Assembly: GCA_030698775.1 (NCBI GenBank)
Contig: JAUYMJ010000010.1
Location: 1-42,639 of the forward strand
Direction of reading: 5' to 3'
Length of the DNA: 42,639 bases
DNA from: a bacterium
GTDB taxonomy: Bacteria; Patescibacteriota; Microgenomatia; Levybacterales; UBA12049
Part shown: positions 1 to 7,818 of the stretch, piece by piece
Position numbering within the stretch: position 1 is the stretch's first letter
How the letters are laid out: every line of letters begins with the position of its first letter
Program-made: the position numbers and the translations under genes
The notes under the pieces: model-generated
Told to the model about the DNA's origin: nothing
Seen by the model: only the letters and a program-made list of their open reading frames with translations
Database searches by the model: none

Positions 1-237
1 TCTGCAATATATTATCCACTATCAATTTTGCCAGAATGGGCTCAGATGATTGCTGCCTTAATACCAGTGAGCTATATATTTGAGGGATCAAGACAAATTA
101 TCACAACAGGACATATTGACATGTCAAAACTTATTATAAGTTTTATTCTCAATATCCTCTATATTGTCCTGTCATTTGTATTTTTGGAAAGAAGCTTCAA
201 GAAAGTACTGAAGAAAGGGTTGGTCAAGGTAGAGTAG
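1..237 (+). CDS. ABC-2 type transporter permease, C-terminal part (5' truncated by window edge)
   Basis: Frame is open from base 1 (SAIYYPLSILPEWAQMIAALIPVSY..EG.R), the typical ABC-2 permease C-terminal motif followed by a TM helix. Confidence 0.8.
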   Translation, partial: SAIYYPLSILPEWAQMIAALIPVSYIFEGSRQIITTGHIDMSKLIISFILNILYIVLSFVFLERSFKKVLKKGLVKVE

Positions 238-243
238 CCTATC

Positions 244-252
244 TGTTATAAT
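244..252 (+). promoter_or_regulatory. Extended -10 promoter, probably leaderless, for yqeY
   Basis: TGTTATAAT lies 6 nt before ATG 259; no SD. Confidence 0.65.
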
Positions 253-258
253 GCAAAC

Positions 259-714
259 ATGCTAAAGAAACAATTACAGACAGAACTAAAAGACTCCATG
301 CTCGCAAAAGATACGGAGAGAACCTCGACACTCCGTTTACTTCTTTCTGCGATAACATATTATGAGATTCAAAAGGGCGGAGCTGGATATGAGGCAACAG
401 ATGAAGATGTTCTGGCTGTTATCGGACGGGAAGTAAAGCAACGAAACGACGCAATCGAGCAATTTATGGTTGCAGGTAGGGAAGAGCTGGCTGCAAAAGA
501 ACTCAAAGAAAAAGCAATTCTTGAAGTCTATCTCCCCGAACAAATGACCGAAGAAGACATAAGAAGACTGGTCGAAGATGCTGTAAAAAAAACCGGCGCC
601 TCAACGCCGCAAGATATGGGAAAAGTTATGGGGGTCCTCATGCCGCAGGTCAAAGGCAAAGCCGATGGAGGATTGGTCAGTAAAATTGTCAAAGAAAGCC
701 TTACTCAAACTTAA
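259..714 (+). CDS. yqeY: GatB/YqeY domain protein
   Basis: LK..M.AKD..R...LRLL, YLPEQM.EE.I and DMGKVMG.LMPQVKGKADG motifs. Confidence 0.92.
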   Translation: MLKKQLQTELKDSMLAKDTERTSTLRLLLSAITYYEIQKGGAGYEATDEDVLAVIGREVKQRNDAIEQFMVAGREELAAKELKEKAILEVYLPEQMTEEDIRRLVEDAVKKTGASTPQDMGKVMGVLMPQVKGKADGGLVSKIVKESLTQT

Positions 715-1243
715 CGAATGTTGGCGCATCTGTAAGGCTTCCAAAATTATAAGCGTCTTCTATAAGCGCTACCATTGCTGCCTGTCCACTCATCCCTTCA
801 GGTAAATCACCTCTCTCAATTTTCGCAACATCATCTTTGTTTGGATACAAGTCTGGATGATCGTCTCTAAGATAGAGTACTGCTTCTTCAATATTTCTAT
901 TGCCTAAAGCTACATAGCTTATTGCCATTTCTCTTCTAAACCTTCTCATCGCAATATCAAATTGATATGAAACTTTGTTTCCTTGTTGGCCAGCTTGCCA
1001 AAACTGAATGTTTGATGGTAATCCGCTGAGAAAAATTTTCATGTGTGAACGGCGTTCATAGGGAAAAACTCCAATCCCTGCCACCAAAGGAATAGCTGAA
1101 AGTCCCCTTAACAATTCTTGCATGGCTTCCTCTTGAGTAGTTACTTCTTGAGGTGACAACGACGAAAGGCTGGCTAAATCTGTCCGGGATAATGTCTGGA
1201 CAAGTGTCAGATCCTGTGGCATTTTTCTTCCATCTTCAACCAT
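701..1243 (-). CDS. Hypothetical protein (orphan-like, 180 aa)
   Basis: Long ORF with ATG; TTGACA-type -35 upstream; no recognisable motif. Confidence 0.6.
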   Translation of the reverse strand: MVEDGRKMPQDLTLVQTLSRTDLASLSSLSPQEVTTQEEAMQELLRGLSAIPLVAGIGVFPYERRSHMKIFLSGLPSNIQFWQAGQQGNKVSYQFDIAMRRFRREMAISYVALGNRNIEEAVLYLRDDHPDLYPNKDDVAKIERGDLPEGMSGQAAMVALIEDAYNFGSLTDAPTFVKFE

Positions 1244-1335
1244 AATACTGCGATTGCTAATAACAAATTCTCTTTTGTCAAGAGATACAATATAGTAGTT
1301 TTATCTCAAACTTGTCTATAAGTCTGTAAGCAATA

Positions 1336-1566
1336 CTACGATGAGACCGAAGACACAATCTCTGTGCTGCTTAAAACAGGCTTAAGCACTTTTGATGCAT
1401 TTAAAATCTCAATACCGAGTAGCTCCCCATTCTTTCCAAGTTCTACGCTTATTCCCGGAGATAATTCTTTGTACTCTACTTCGGCACCACTTTTAACAAG
1501 AAACCAAAGAACATCTTTTTTTTTATCGTAATATATTTTTTGTTTATTTCTTTTAATTTTCTTCAT
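1336..1566 (-). CDS. DUF2283 family protein, putative antitoxin
   Basis: YYD...DVL and ELSPGI.VE..KNGELLGIEILNASK match the DUF2283 pattern. Confidence 0.85.
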   Translation of the reverse strand: MKKIKRNKQKIYYDKKKDVLWFLVKSGAEVEYKELSPGISVELGKNGELLGIEILNASKVLKPVLSSTEIVSSVSS

Positions 1567-1843
1567 ATTTTTTCCACCTTCCTGCTCGTACTTTATTCTT
1601 TATTTCTCTGCTCGAGATTACGTGAATAGTAACTATCTCAATTGTGCTTTTAATTATATCATACGCAACAAGCATGCTTCGCAAAGATCCTTCATAAAAC
1701 AACTTCTTAATAGCAATATTACGTTTAGCAAGCGTATCGAAGTATTCTTGCTCTGGCGATTCAATAATTTGTTTTGGATATTCGGTAGGAATTTTTCTCT
1801 GCTTTAATCGTTCCTTCAAATGTGGTCGATAAACAATCTTCAT
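1553..1843 (-). CDS. DUF4258/BrnT-RelE-like putative toxin
   Basis: H...RL..R.I, acidic/hydrophobic beta strands and IVT.H....EI..K...GRW; overlaps the DUF2283 gene. Confidence 0.7.
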   Translation of the reverse strand: MKIVYRPHLKERLKQRKIPTEYPKQIIESPEQEYFDTLAKRNIAIKKLFYEGSLRSMLVAYDIIKSTIEIVTIHVISSREIKNKVRAGRWKKYEEN

Positions 1844-2745
1844 GCATGCCGTCTTTTCTTATCAAACTCGTTCCAACTGACGAGTAGGGGAGCAGCATTA
1901 AAAATTGAGGAGTATGTTCCACTCGCAATACCGACTAGGAGTGCAAAGATAAACCAATGCACCGTTCCTCCTCCAAAAAGAAGTAAGGTAAACAATACAA
2001 GAAGGGCGGTGATAGATGTATTAAGCGATCTGGTTAATGTTTGGAGAATTGAATCGTTGACGATTTTCTCAAACGGCACCCCGCTGATTCGCAAAAGATT
2101 CTCCCTAATCCTGTCAAACACAACAATCGTGTCATGGACTGAAAACCCGATAACAGTCAAAACAGCTGTCACAAACAGGCTGTCTATCTCAACCCCAAAA
2201 AAGTGACCAAGCAGTGAAAATATACCTATGACAACCAAGACATCATGGAGAAGAGCGACAATGGTACACACGCCAAATTTCCAGCTGCTGGCTGGTTTGG
2301 GAACTTTCCTGAAGGAGAAAGCAATATACAACACAATAAGAACAGCTGCGAGCGCCGTAGATTTCAACGCGTTCAGCGTAGTCTCCTCACCGATCGTCGG
2401 CCCGACCGTCTCAAAAGACTCTTCTGTAAGGAGTATCTTCTCAGCTTTTATTTTTTGAAGAATTGCGGTGTTGTGCTTTTCATCTATTGATGTCGTTCTG
2501 ACGATCAAGGATTTGTCTGACCGTTGGACTGTCGAAATTATAGCTTTCTCTGATATGATAATTCCTTTTACCCTGTCGACTGTTTTGGTATCAATCGGCT
2601 TACTGCTGACAAACGTCATCCTCGTACCGCCCGTGAAATCTATTGAGAGCTTCAATCCGTAAAACCATAGCGAAACCAACCCGGGAATAATCACGAGAAG
2701 TGAAATAAGATAGTAAAGCCGCCTTTTTCCAATGATATTTATCAT
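1840..2745 (-). CDS. secF: Protein translocase subunit SecF
   Basis: IDFTGG, VGPTIG, IGFSVHDTIVVFDRIRE and GTYSSIF motifs. Confidence 0.97.
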   Translation of the reverse strand: MINIIGKRRLYYLISLLVIIPGLVSLWFYGLKLSIDFTGGTRMTFVSSKPIDTKTVDRVKGIIISEKAIISTVQRSDKSLIVRTTSIDEKHNTAILQKIKAEKILLTEESFETVGPTIGEETTLNALKSTALAAVLIVLYIAFSFRKVPKPASSWKFGVCTIVALLHDVLVVIGIFSLLGHFFGVEIDSLFVTAVLTVIGFSVHDTIVVFDRIRENLLRISGVPFEKIVNDSILQTLTRSLNTSITALLVLFTLLLFGGGTVHWFIFALLVGIASGTYSSIFNAAPLLVSWNEFDKKRRHA

Positions 2746-2749
2746 ATTC

Positions 2750-4111
2750 TCAGTTCTTATAAACTGCCCTCAGTATTGTCCGCGTTACGGTAATTGCTGA
2801 GAACATTGAGACCAACACGCCGATTGCGAGAGTCAGTGCAAACCCCCTGACTACCCCTGTTCCAAAATAATACAAAATAACACTCGTGATAAGACTTGCA
2901 ATATTGGAATCGCGGATAGAAGTCCATGCTCTTGAAAATCCAAGCTGCAGCGCAGTTTCCTTTGATTTACCTAGCCGAAGCTCTTCCCGCATCCTTTCAA
3001 AGATGAGAATGTTTGCATCAACTGCAATACCAATTGAAAGAATAAACCCGGCGATACCTGCAAGCGTCAGAGTGACCGGGACAAGTCGGAAAAGTGAAAG
3101 CACGAGAAGCGTATATATCCCAAGCGCAATACTTGCGATAATGCCGAGCCTTCCGTAAAGCGTAACCATGAAAATGACAATGATGATAAAACCGATAGCG
3201 CCAGCAAAAAGACTTTTCTGTAGCGATTCGCTTCCAAGTGTTGCACCGATTGCGTGTTGCTCAAGAACGGAAAGTGAGATAGGCAATGCCCCTGCATTCA
3301 GCTGTAGCTGAAGCTGTTTTGCCTGCTCTGTTGTGAATGAACCTGAGATCACCGCGTCTCCGTTAAGAATTTGACTTTGCACAACCGGTGCATCAATCAT
3401 CACATTATCAAGCGCAAACCCAAGCCTCTTTCCGATATTTCTTTTTGTAATGTCGGAAAATTTCTTCGCCCCCTCACTCGTAAACGCGAGCTGGACAACC
3501 GGACGTCCCGTCTGCTGATCAACAGTGACACTTGCCTGACGAAGATCGCTTCCTGAAAGGGAAGTCTTCTTCGGATTATCTCCTAATAAAATCTGCGCGT
3601 TTATTGGAATTTGTGCATCCTCTAATTTTGCCGATCCTGATGCTCCTTCTTCCCAAAACGATAACTTTGCCGTAGTCCCGATGAGCGACACTGCCTGCTG
3701 GACATCAGTCACTCCCGGAATCTCGACAATCACCCTGTAGTCTTTACTTGTTTTTGAGGTCTGCACGACTGGCTCAGATACACCAAAAAAATTGATTCTT
3801 CTCTCAATAACCTCTTTTGCAGACTCGAGGGCATTTTCCCTCTGATTTGCAGGTAAATCCTGCATGTTCGCCCGAAGCGTAATACTGGTCCCTCCCTCAA
3901 GGTCAAGTCCTTTTCGAAAAGCGACACTTCTTTGTATATTGGCCTTTTTTAATAGGCTATCTATATCAATTCCCGGAAGGGTTTTATCGACACGCAAGGA
4001 AGTTTTCGGGACGGAGAATACGATGTGGAATTGCTTTGGAATATTCAGCAATATTCCAAAAATTGCCAACATTGCGATTGCGACAAGGGAGAAACGAAAC
4101 CGACGCCTCAT
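2750..4111 (-). CDS. secD: Protein translocase subunit SecD
   Basis: GLDLEGG, RIN.FGVSEP, LNAGALP, AVDANILIFER and GFALTL motifs. Confidence 0.97.
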   Translation of the reverse strand: MRRRFRFSLVAIAMLAIFGILLNIPKQFHIVFSVPKTSLRVDKTLPGIDIDSLLKKANIQRSVAFRKGLDLEGGTSITLRANMQDLPANQRENALESAKEVIERRINFFGVSEPVVQTSKTSKDYRVIVEIPGVTDVQQAVSLIGTTAKLSFWEEGASGSAKLEDAQIPINAQILLGDNPKKTSLSGSDLRQASVTVDQQTGRPVVQLAFTSEGAKKFSDITKRNIGKRLGFALDNVMIDAPVVQSQILNGDAVISGSFTTEQAKQLQLQLNAGALPISLSVLEQHAIGATLGSESLQKSLFAGAIGFIIIVIFMVTLYGRLGIIASIALGIYTLLVLSLFRLVPVTLTLAGIAGFILSIGIAVDANILIFERMREELRLGKSKETALQLGFSRAWTSIRDSNIASLITSVILYYFGTGVVRGFALTLAIGVLVSMFSAITVTRTILRAVYKN

Positions 4112-4692
4112 GTTGCGAGCATTGCCTCCTCATCACCAATGAGCATCACCCGGGAACCGGCAAGGATATTTACCAGAAACGGATCATTGCGTTTTTTGCG
4201 AAACCGGAACTCTTCTTCAGACATTGCCGTATAGTTAATCTCCCGACCGAGCCTCGCCTCCTCGTTCCTCACCAAAACAGCAAGTTCGGGGAGCACCATA
4301 GTCGCAACATAGACAACCATAAAGTCGATATCGTCCGGGTTCTCTTTAATCCTTCTGACAAACTTCCCGGAAAACATTGCAAACTTTACCTTGCCAAGTT
4401 TCACTCTGGCTTTGAGAAATTCATGGCCAAGGCCTATTGTTTTGACACCGATTTCGAGAAGGTCAAAGTAGAAAGGATAACTCTTATCGAGAGAATAGTA
4501 TACACGATTTGCACGTTGTTCTCTTGAGAAGATTCCTTTCTTTTCAAGAAACTGAAGCTCACGCCGAACGGCATTTATTTCATCGCCCGTTCTCCTGACA
4601 CATTCCCTAACATGGAGCATCTCTGAAGGATTCGTGAGGAACACCGTCAAAAGTTTAATTCGTGATTTAGATGTGATGAGGTCTGACAACAT
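4108..4692 (-). CDS. Winged-helix (ArsR-like) plus nucleotidyltransferase-like domain protein
   Basis: N-terminal wHTH (VRE..R......AVRREL..LE..G) followed by a G-x..DIDF/REINY Pol-beta-like region. Confidence 0.7.
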   Translation of the reverse strand: MLSDLITSKSRIKLLTVFLTNPSEMLHVRECVRRTGDEINAVRRELQFLEKKGIFSREQRANRVYYSLDKSYPFYFDLLEIGVKTIGLGHEFLKARVKLGKVKFAMFSGKFVRRIKENPDDIDFMVVYVATMVLPELAVLVRNEEARLGREINYTAMSEEEFRFRKKRNDPFLVNILAGSRVMLIGDEEAMLAT

Positions 4693-4703
4693 AAATCCCC
4701 TTT

Positions 4704-4732
4704 ATTGTATCGCTTTCTGATTCGTATATCAA
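4704..4732 (-). promoter_or_regulatory. Sigma70-type promoter for the wHTH-NTase/secD/secF/TA unit
   Basis: TTGATA-N17-TACAAT on the minus strand, 11 nt before ATG 4692. Confidence 0.6.
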
Positions 4733-4771
4733 TAGTACTCAGAAAAAGATACTTATCCCCTCGGGGCAGTG

Positions 4772-5938
4772 TCAGCTGGTATCAAGCGTGCCAGTTGTCG
4801 GGAGAATCTCAAACCAGATGACCCCTCTATCAAATTTCACCTGTTTACCATCAGGTCCTGTGATAATTGTCCTATCCTCTCTTGAAGATTTTTTCCATTT
4901 GCCCTTAATTTCCTTTCCGTCCTGAAATATAATCGCGTCTCCCGTACCTTTATCTTTATAGAGACGGTGGGCGTTGCCGTCATAGCCATCATTTGCCGCA
5001 CTCTCAACCATCTTCAGAACGACAATATTTTTCGCTGAGAATTGATTACCCGTATTACGGTCGTTATGTTCTTTTCCTCCATTTGAACGAAGATATATGT
5101 TCTTTTCTGCATCATACATCCAAGTGACGAAATACGCACTATAGCCAGCCCAGAACTCAATATGAATATTTTTTATTGTCCCCCGGTCACCTAGAGGAGC
5201 ATCCTCCTTAAAATCGTATGGTTCAAACGTTTTATCCCACGCGACTCTTTCTTTATCGACATTGGTGAGCCCTCTGGACTTACTGACCTCCCATAATTTG
5301 CTCGTCGTTGAATACATCGTATGCTCCGTCGCAACTTCACGTCCAAGCCTACTTTCATCCCGTCGAAACGTCGGGAAACCGATCGAGAACTGATTCAGAT
5401 CGTTATACTGATTCCATCCGTAATCCTCAATCTGCCCAAGGGCATTTGCCGGACCCGGCGTGTTTGCCCCTCCTACATGCACGTAGAGCGGATTCTCGCC
5501 ATACTCCGATACCCAATCAAGAAAGTATGTCCTGGCTGATCGGACCGGACCGACAATTCCCCCGTCCTGACAATAAAAAATCCCTAAAAATCGCGTGATC
5601 CCCCCCTCCGCCACAGCCTCATACACGACATCGGCAAAGGATACTCCCGACTGTGGCCTGGATTCCTCATGGTTTTCAATCATTATCCCTAGCGGCCGGT
5701 GTGATTTCCACCACTTCTCCTGATCCTTTGAGTATTTTGCGCCATTTATCGGACATTCCTGCGTTCTCGGTTTTGACGGATCAAACACTAGTGCATCAAA
5801 GTCATTTCCTGTTTTTGCGGTTGATGTAGGCGGAGGGGTAGTGGCGGAAGGTTGTGCTGCAAAAAACATGTATGACCCGGCAGTTGCACCCAAATAGACA
5901 ATGAGTGCGAGAATAATCACAGTAATCTTATTATTCAT
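4772..5938 (-). CDS. DUF3048 domain membrane-anchored extracellular protein
   Basis: N-terminal TM; RPL..MIEN...RPQSG...AD.VYE..AEGGITRF and GPVRSAR.YF motifs. Confidence 0.88.
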   Translation of the reverse strand: MNNKITVIILALIVYLGATAGSYMFFAAQPSATTPPPTSTAKTGNDFDALVFDPSKPRTQECPINGAKYSKDQEKWWKSHRPLGIMIENHEESRPQSGVSFADVVYEAVAEGGITRFLGIFYCQDGGIVGPVRSARTYFLDWVSEYGENPLYVHVGGANTPGPANALGQIEDYGWNQYNDLNQFSIGFPTFRRDESRLGREVATEHTMYSTTSKLWEVSKSRGLTNVDKERVAWDKTFEPYDFKEDAPLGDRGTIKNIHIEFWAGYSAYFVTWMYDAEKNIYLRSNGGKEHNDRNTGNQFSAKNIVVLKMVESAANDGYDGNAHRLYKDKGTGDAIIFQDGKEIKGKWKKSSREDRTIITGPDGKQVKFDRGVIWFEILPTTGTLDTS

Positions 5939-5951
5939 GTCTTGTATTACT

Positions 5952-6422
5952 TTAAGGTTTTTTTATACTTTTTGCAAGCTTAATTGCCTTCTCTTCTTCA
6001 TCTGATAAATCATATTCTTCCCCTTTTCCACGCACAACTTTTTTTACATACCAACGGGTTCCGGACCGAGAATAGAGTGCCGAGATGACAATGCCGGTAT
6101 CAGTTGCGTCGATAAGCGAAAGGATAAAACTTTGGTCACCTCCCGTATCGCGAAACGGGTTAAACCGAAGGAGCCCGATCTTTTGGATATGAAGCTTATT
6201 TTCCTTTTCAATCCCTTCAAGCCGTACCGAGGTCTCATGAAGTCTTTTTTCAGTAAGATGTACTTTCTGAATCACATTTTCCAAAAAACCGGACAGTGTT
6301 TGCTTATCGGATCCTTCGACAAAAACACGGTATTGGTTCCTGAATTTCCAGATTATCAAAGTAAGAGCTGCGACCCAAAAAAGAAGCAAAAAAATAAAAA
6401 TCAGCTCTAGGGAAAGCTGCAT
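5952..6422 (-). CDS. DUF4446 family protein
   Basis: TM plus coiled coil; RFNPF.D.GGDQSF, YVK...G and LS.EE..A motifs. Confidence 0.88.
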   Translation of the reverse strand: MQLSLELIFIFLLLFWVAALTLIIWKFRNQYRVFVEGSDKQTLSGFLENVIQKVHLTEKRLHETSVRLEGIEKENKLHIQKIGLLRFNPFRDTGGDQSFILSLIDATDTGIVISALYSRSGTRWYVKKVVRGKGEEYDLSDEEEKAIKLAKSIKKP

Positions 6423-6431
6423 ATCGACTCC

Positions 6432-6471
6432 ATACTAGCCTCTTGACAGCCTCGTGTCAATAGTGTAACCT
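6432..6471. promoter_or_regulatory. Overlapping divergent sigma70 promoters
   Basis: Plus strand TTGACA(6443)-N17-TAACCT(6466); minus strand TTGACA(6460)-N17-TAGTAT(6437). Confidence 0.7.
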
Positions 6472-6482
6472 AGGCTACTATC

Positions 6483-6767
6483 ATGGCTAAACACCGAAAA
6501 ACGCGGAAGGAAAAAATCCGGTCCGATATTCGTCAAGAGCATGTGATTATTACGTCCCCTGAACCGATTGCGACAAAACAGGAAACAGCTCCGATCCGTT
6601 TTACCTTTTCACCGTCCGAACAACAAAAACAAGCTCCAGTCAGTCACTCATCCATCAATACAAAAAGCAATGATTACGCTTTTGTCGGTCATGATCTCAA
6701 GAAAACCGGTATTGTCACTACGGGAATCATCATCGCTGAACTCGCGTTATTCGCAGTGATTACATGA
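6483..6767 (+). CDS. Hypothetical small protein with basic N-terminus and C-terminal TM helix
   Basis: ATG downstream of the promoter; Y..V.HDL.KT followed by a hydrophobic tail. Confidence 0.75.
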   Translation: MAKHRKTRKEKIRSDIRQEHVIITSPEPIATKQETAPIRFTFSPSEQQKQAPVSHSSINTKSNDYAFVGHDLKKTGIVTTGIIIAELALFAVIT

Positions 6768-6831
6768 TGATTATTTTCGTAATTCGTGGTGTAGTATCGT
6801 GAATTACGTTGAAGGGGGGTGAATAGAAACT

Positions 6832-6975
6832 ATGGCACAAATGTACTGTGTAAAATGTCGAGCAAAAAGAGACGACCCAAACGCAACGCCTGTCACCATG
6901 AAGAATGGTAAACCGGCAATGAAAGGTAAATGCCCAGTCTGTGGTACAGGAATGTACAAGATCGGCAAAGCTTAA
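6832..6975 (+). CDS. DUF5679-like small zinc-ribbon protein (47 aa; absent from the ORF track)
   Basis: MAQMYCVKCRAKRDDPNATPVTMKNGKPAMKGKCPVCGTGMYKIGKA*, two CxxC motifs; SD-like GGGGGTGA and a TAGTAT -10 upstream. Confidence 0.88.
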   Translation: MAQMYCVKCRAKRDDPNATPVTMKNGKPAMKGKCPVCGTGMYKIGKA

Positions 6976-7003
6976 TTTGTTGAAGCTCATTTAGGAGCGG
7001 AAA

Positions 7004-7029
7004 TCCGCCGAAGCTTTAGCGAAGGCGGA
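7004..7029. repeat. Short imperfect palindrome (REP-like)
   Basis: TCCGCC-GAAGCTTTAGCGAA-GGCGGA; 6-bp terminal inverted repeat with an inner GCT/AGC stem. Confidence 0.6.
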
Positions 7030-7074
7030 CCATGTTTCTTCTTGAGGGATCTTCACGGACTCTCAAGAAACACC

Positions 7075-7111
7075 AAAAACCCCTCGCCATTGGCGAGGGG
7101 TTTTTATTTTT
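7075..7111 (+). terminator. Intrinsic terminator, possibly bidirectional
   Basis: AAAAACCCCTCGCC-ATT-GGCGAGGGGTTTTT followed by a T-rich tract. Confidence 0.8.
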
Positions 7112-7158
7112 GCATGGATTTCTCATATTGTTCTTCGGGGCTCTGCTATAATGTGAGC

Positions 7159-7812
7159 ATGACTAAGGAAGTCAAAGATCCTGAGCAAAGTCGAAGAAAA
7201 AAGGTAAAAGAAATTATTAAGAGACTCCGCAAGGTTTATCCGCATCCCAAAACCGCGCTAAATTTTACAACACCTCTTGAGCTCCTTGTTGCGACAATCC
7301 TATCGGCACAAGCAACTGATAAAGTCGTCAATACAATAACGCCAGATCTTTTCAAGAAATATAAAACCTCCCAGGATTTCGCAAATGCGTCTGTTGAAGA
7401 TATAGATGCGATGATCAGGAAAGTTAACTTCCACAATAATAAAGCCAAATCCATAAAAGCGGCTGCTGAGATGATTGTCGAAAAACACGGAGGGAAAGTG
7501 CCGGACAATATGGATGATCTTGATGCATTACCAGGTGTTGCGAGAAAAACTGCCAATGTTGTATTGGGAAATGCATATTACAAAGCAGAAGGAATCGTCG
7601 TTGACACGCATGTTATGCGACTTACAACAAAGCTTGGATTAACTGATGAAAAAGATCCTGCAAAAATAGAAGAAGACCTGATGAAAATTGTTCCGAAAGA
7701 GGACTGGATTGATTTTGCGCACATGCTCATCCTTTTCGGCCGTGAGTACTGCCCCGCTAGGCCTCACAAATGTAACAACTGCCCATTGGGAGATTTGTGT
7801 CCCGATAGATAG
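7159..7812 (+). CDS. nth: Endonuclease III
   Basis: LLVATILSAQATD, HhH LPGVARKTANVVL, VDTHV and C-x6-C-x2-C-x5-C; start moved to ATG 7159, 6 nt after TGCTATAAT. Confidence 0.96.
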   Translation: MTKEVKDPEQSRRKKVKEIIKRLRKVYPHPKTALNFTTPLELLVATILSAQATDKVVNTITPDLFKKYKTSQDFANASVEDIDAMIRKVNFHNNKAKSIKAAAEMIVEKHGGKVPDNMDDLDALPGVARKTANVVLGNAYYKAEGIVVDTHVMRLTTKLGLTDEKDPAKIEEDLMKIVPKEDWIDFAHMLILFGREYCPARPHKCNNCPLGDLCPDR

Positions 7813-7818
7813 TGCTAC

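Noticed and set aside
6760-6990. 76-aa minus-strand ORF
   Set aside because: Antisense shadow of the DUF5679-like gene, which has motifs and an RBS
7042-7158. N-terminal extension of the nth ORF in the track (TTG start)
   Set aside because: It runs through the terminator hairpin and the TGCTATAAT promoter; ATG 7159 is the better start
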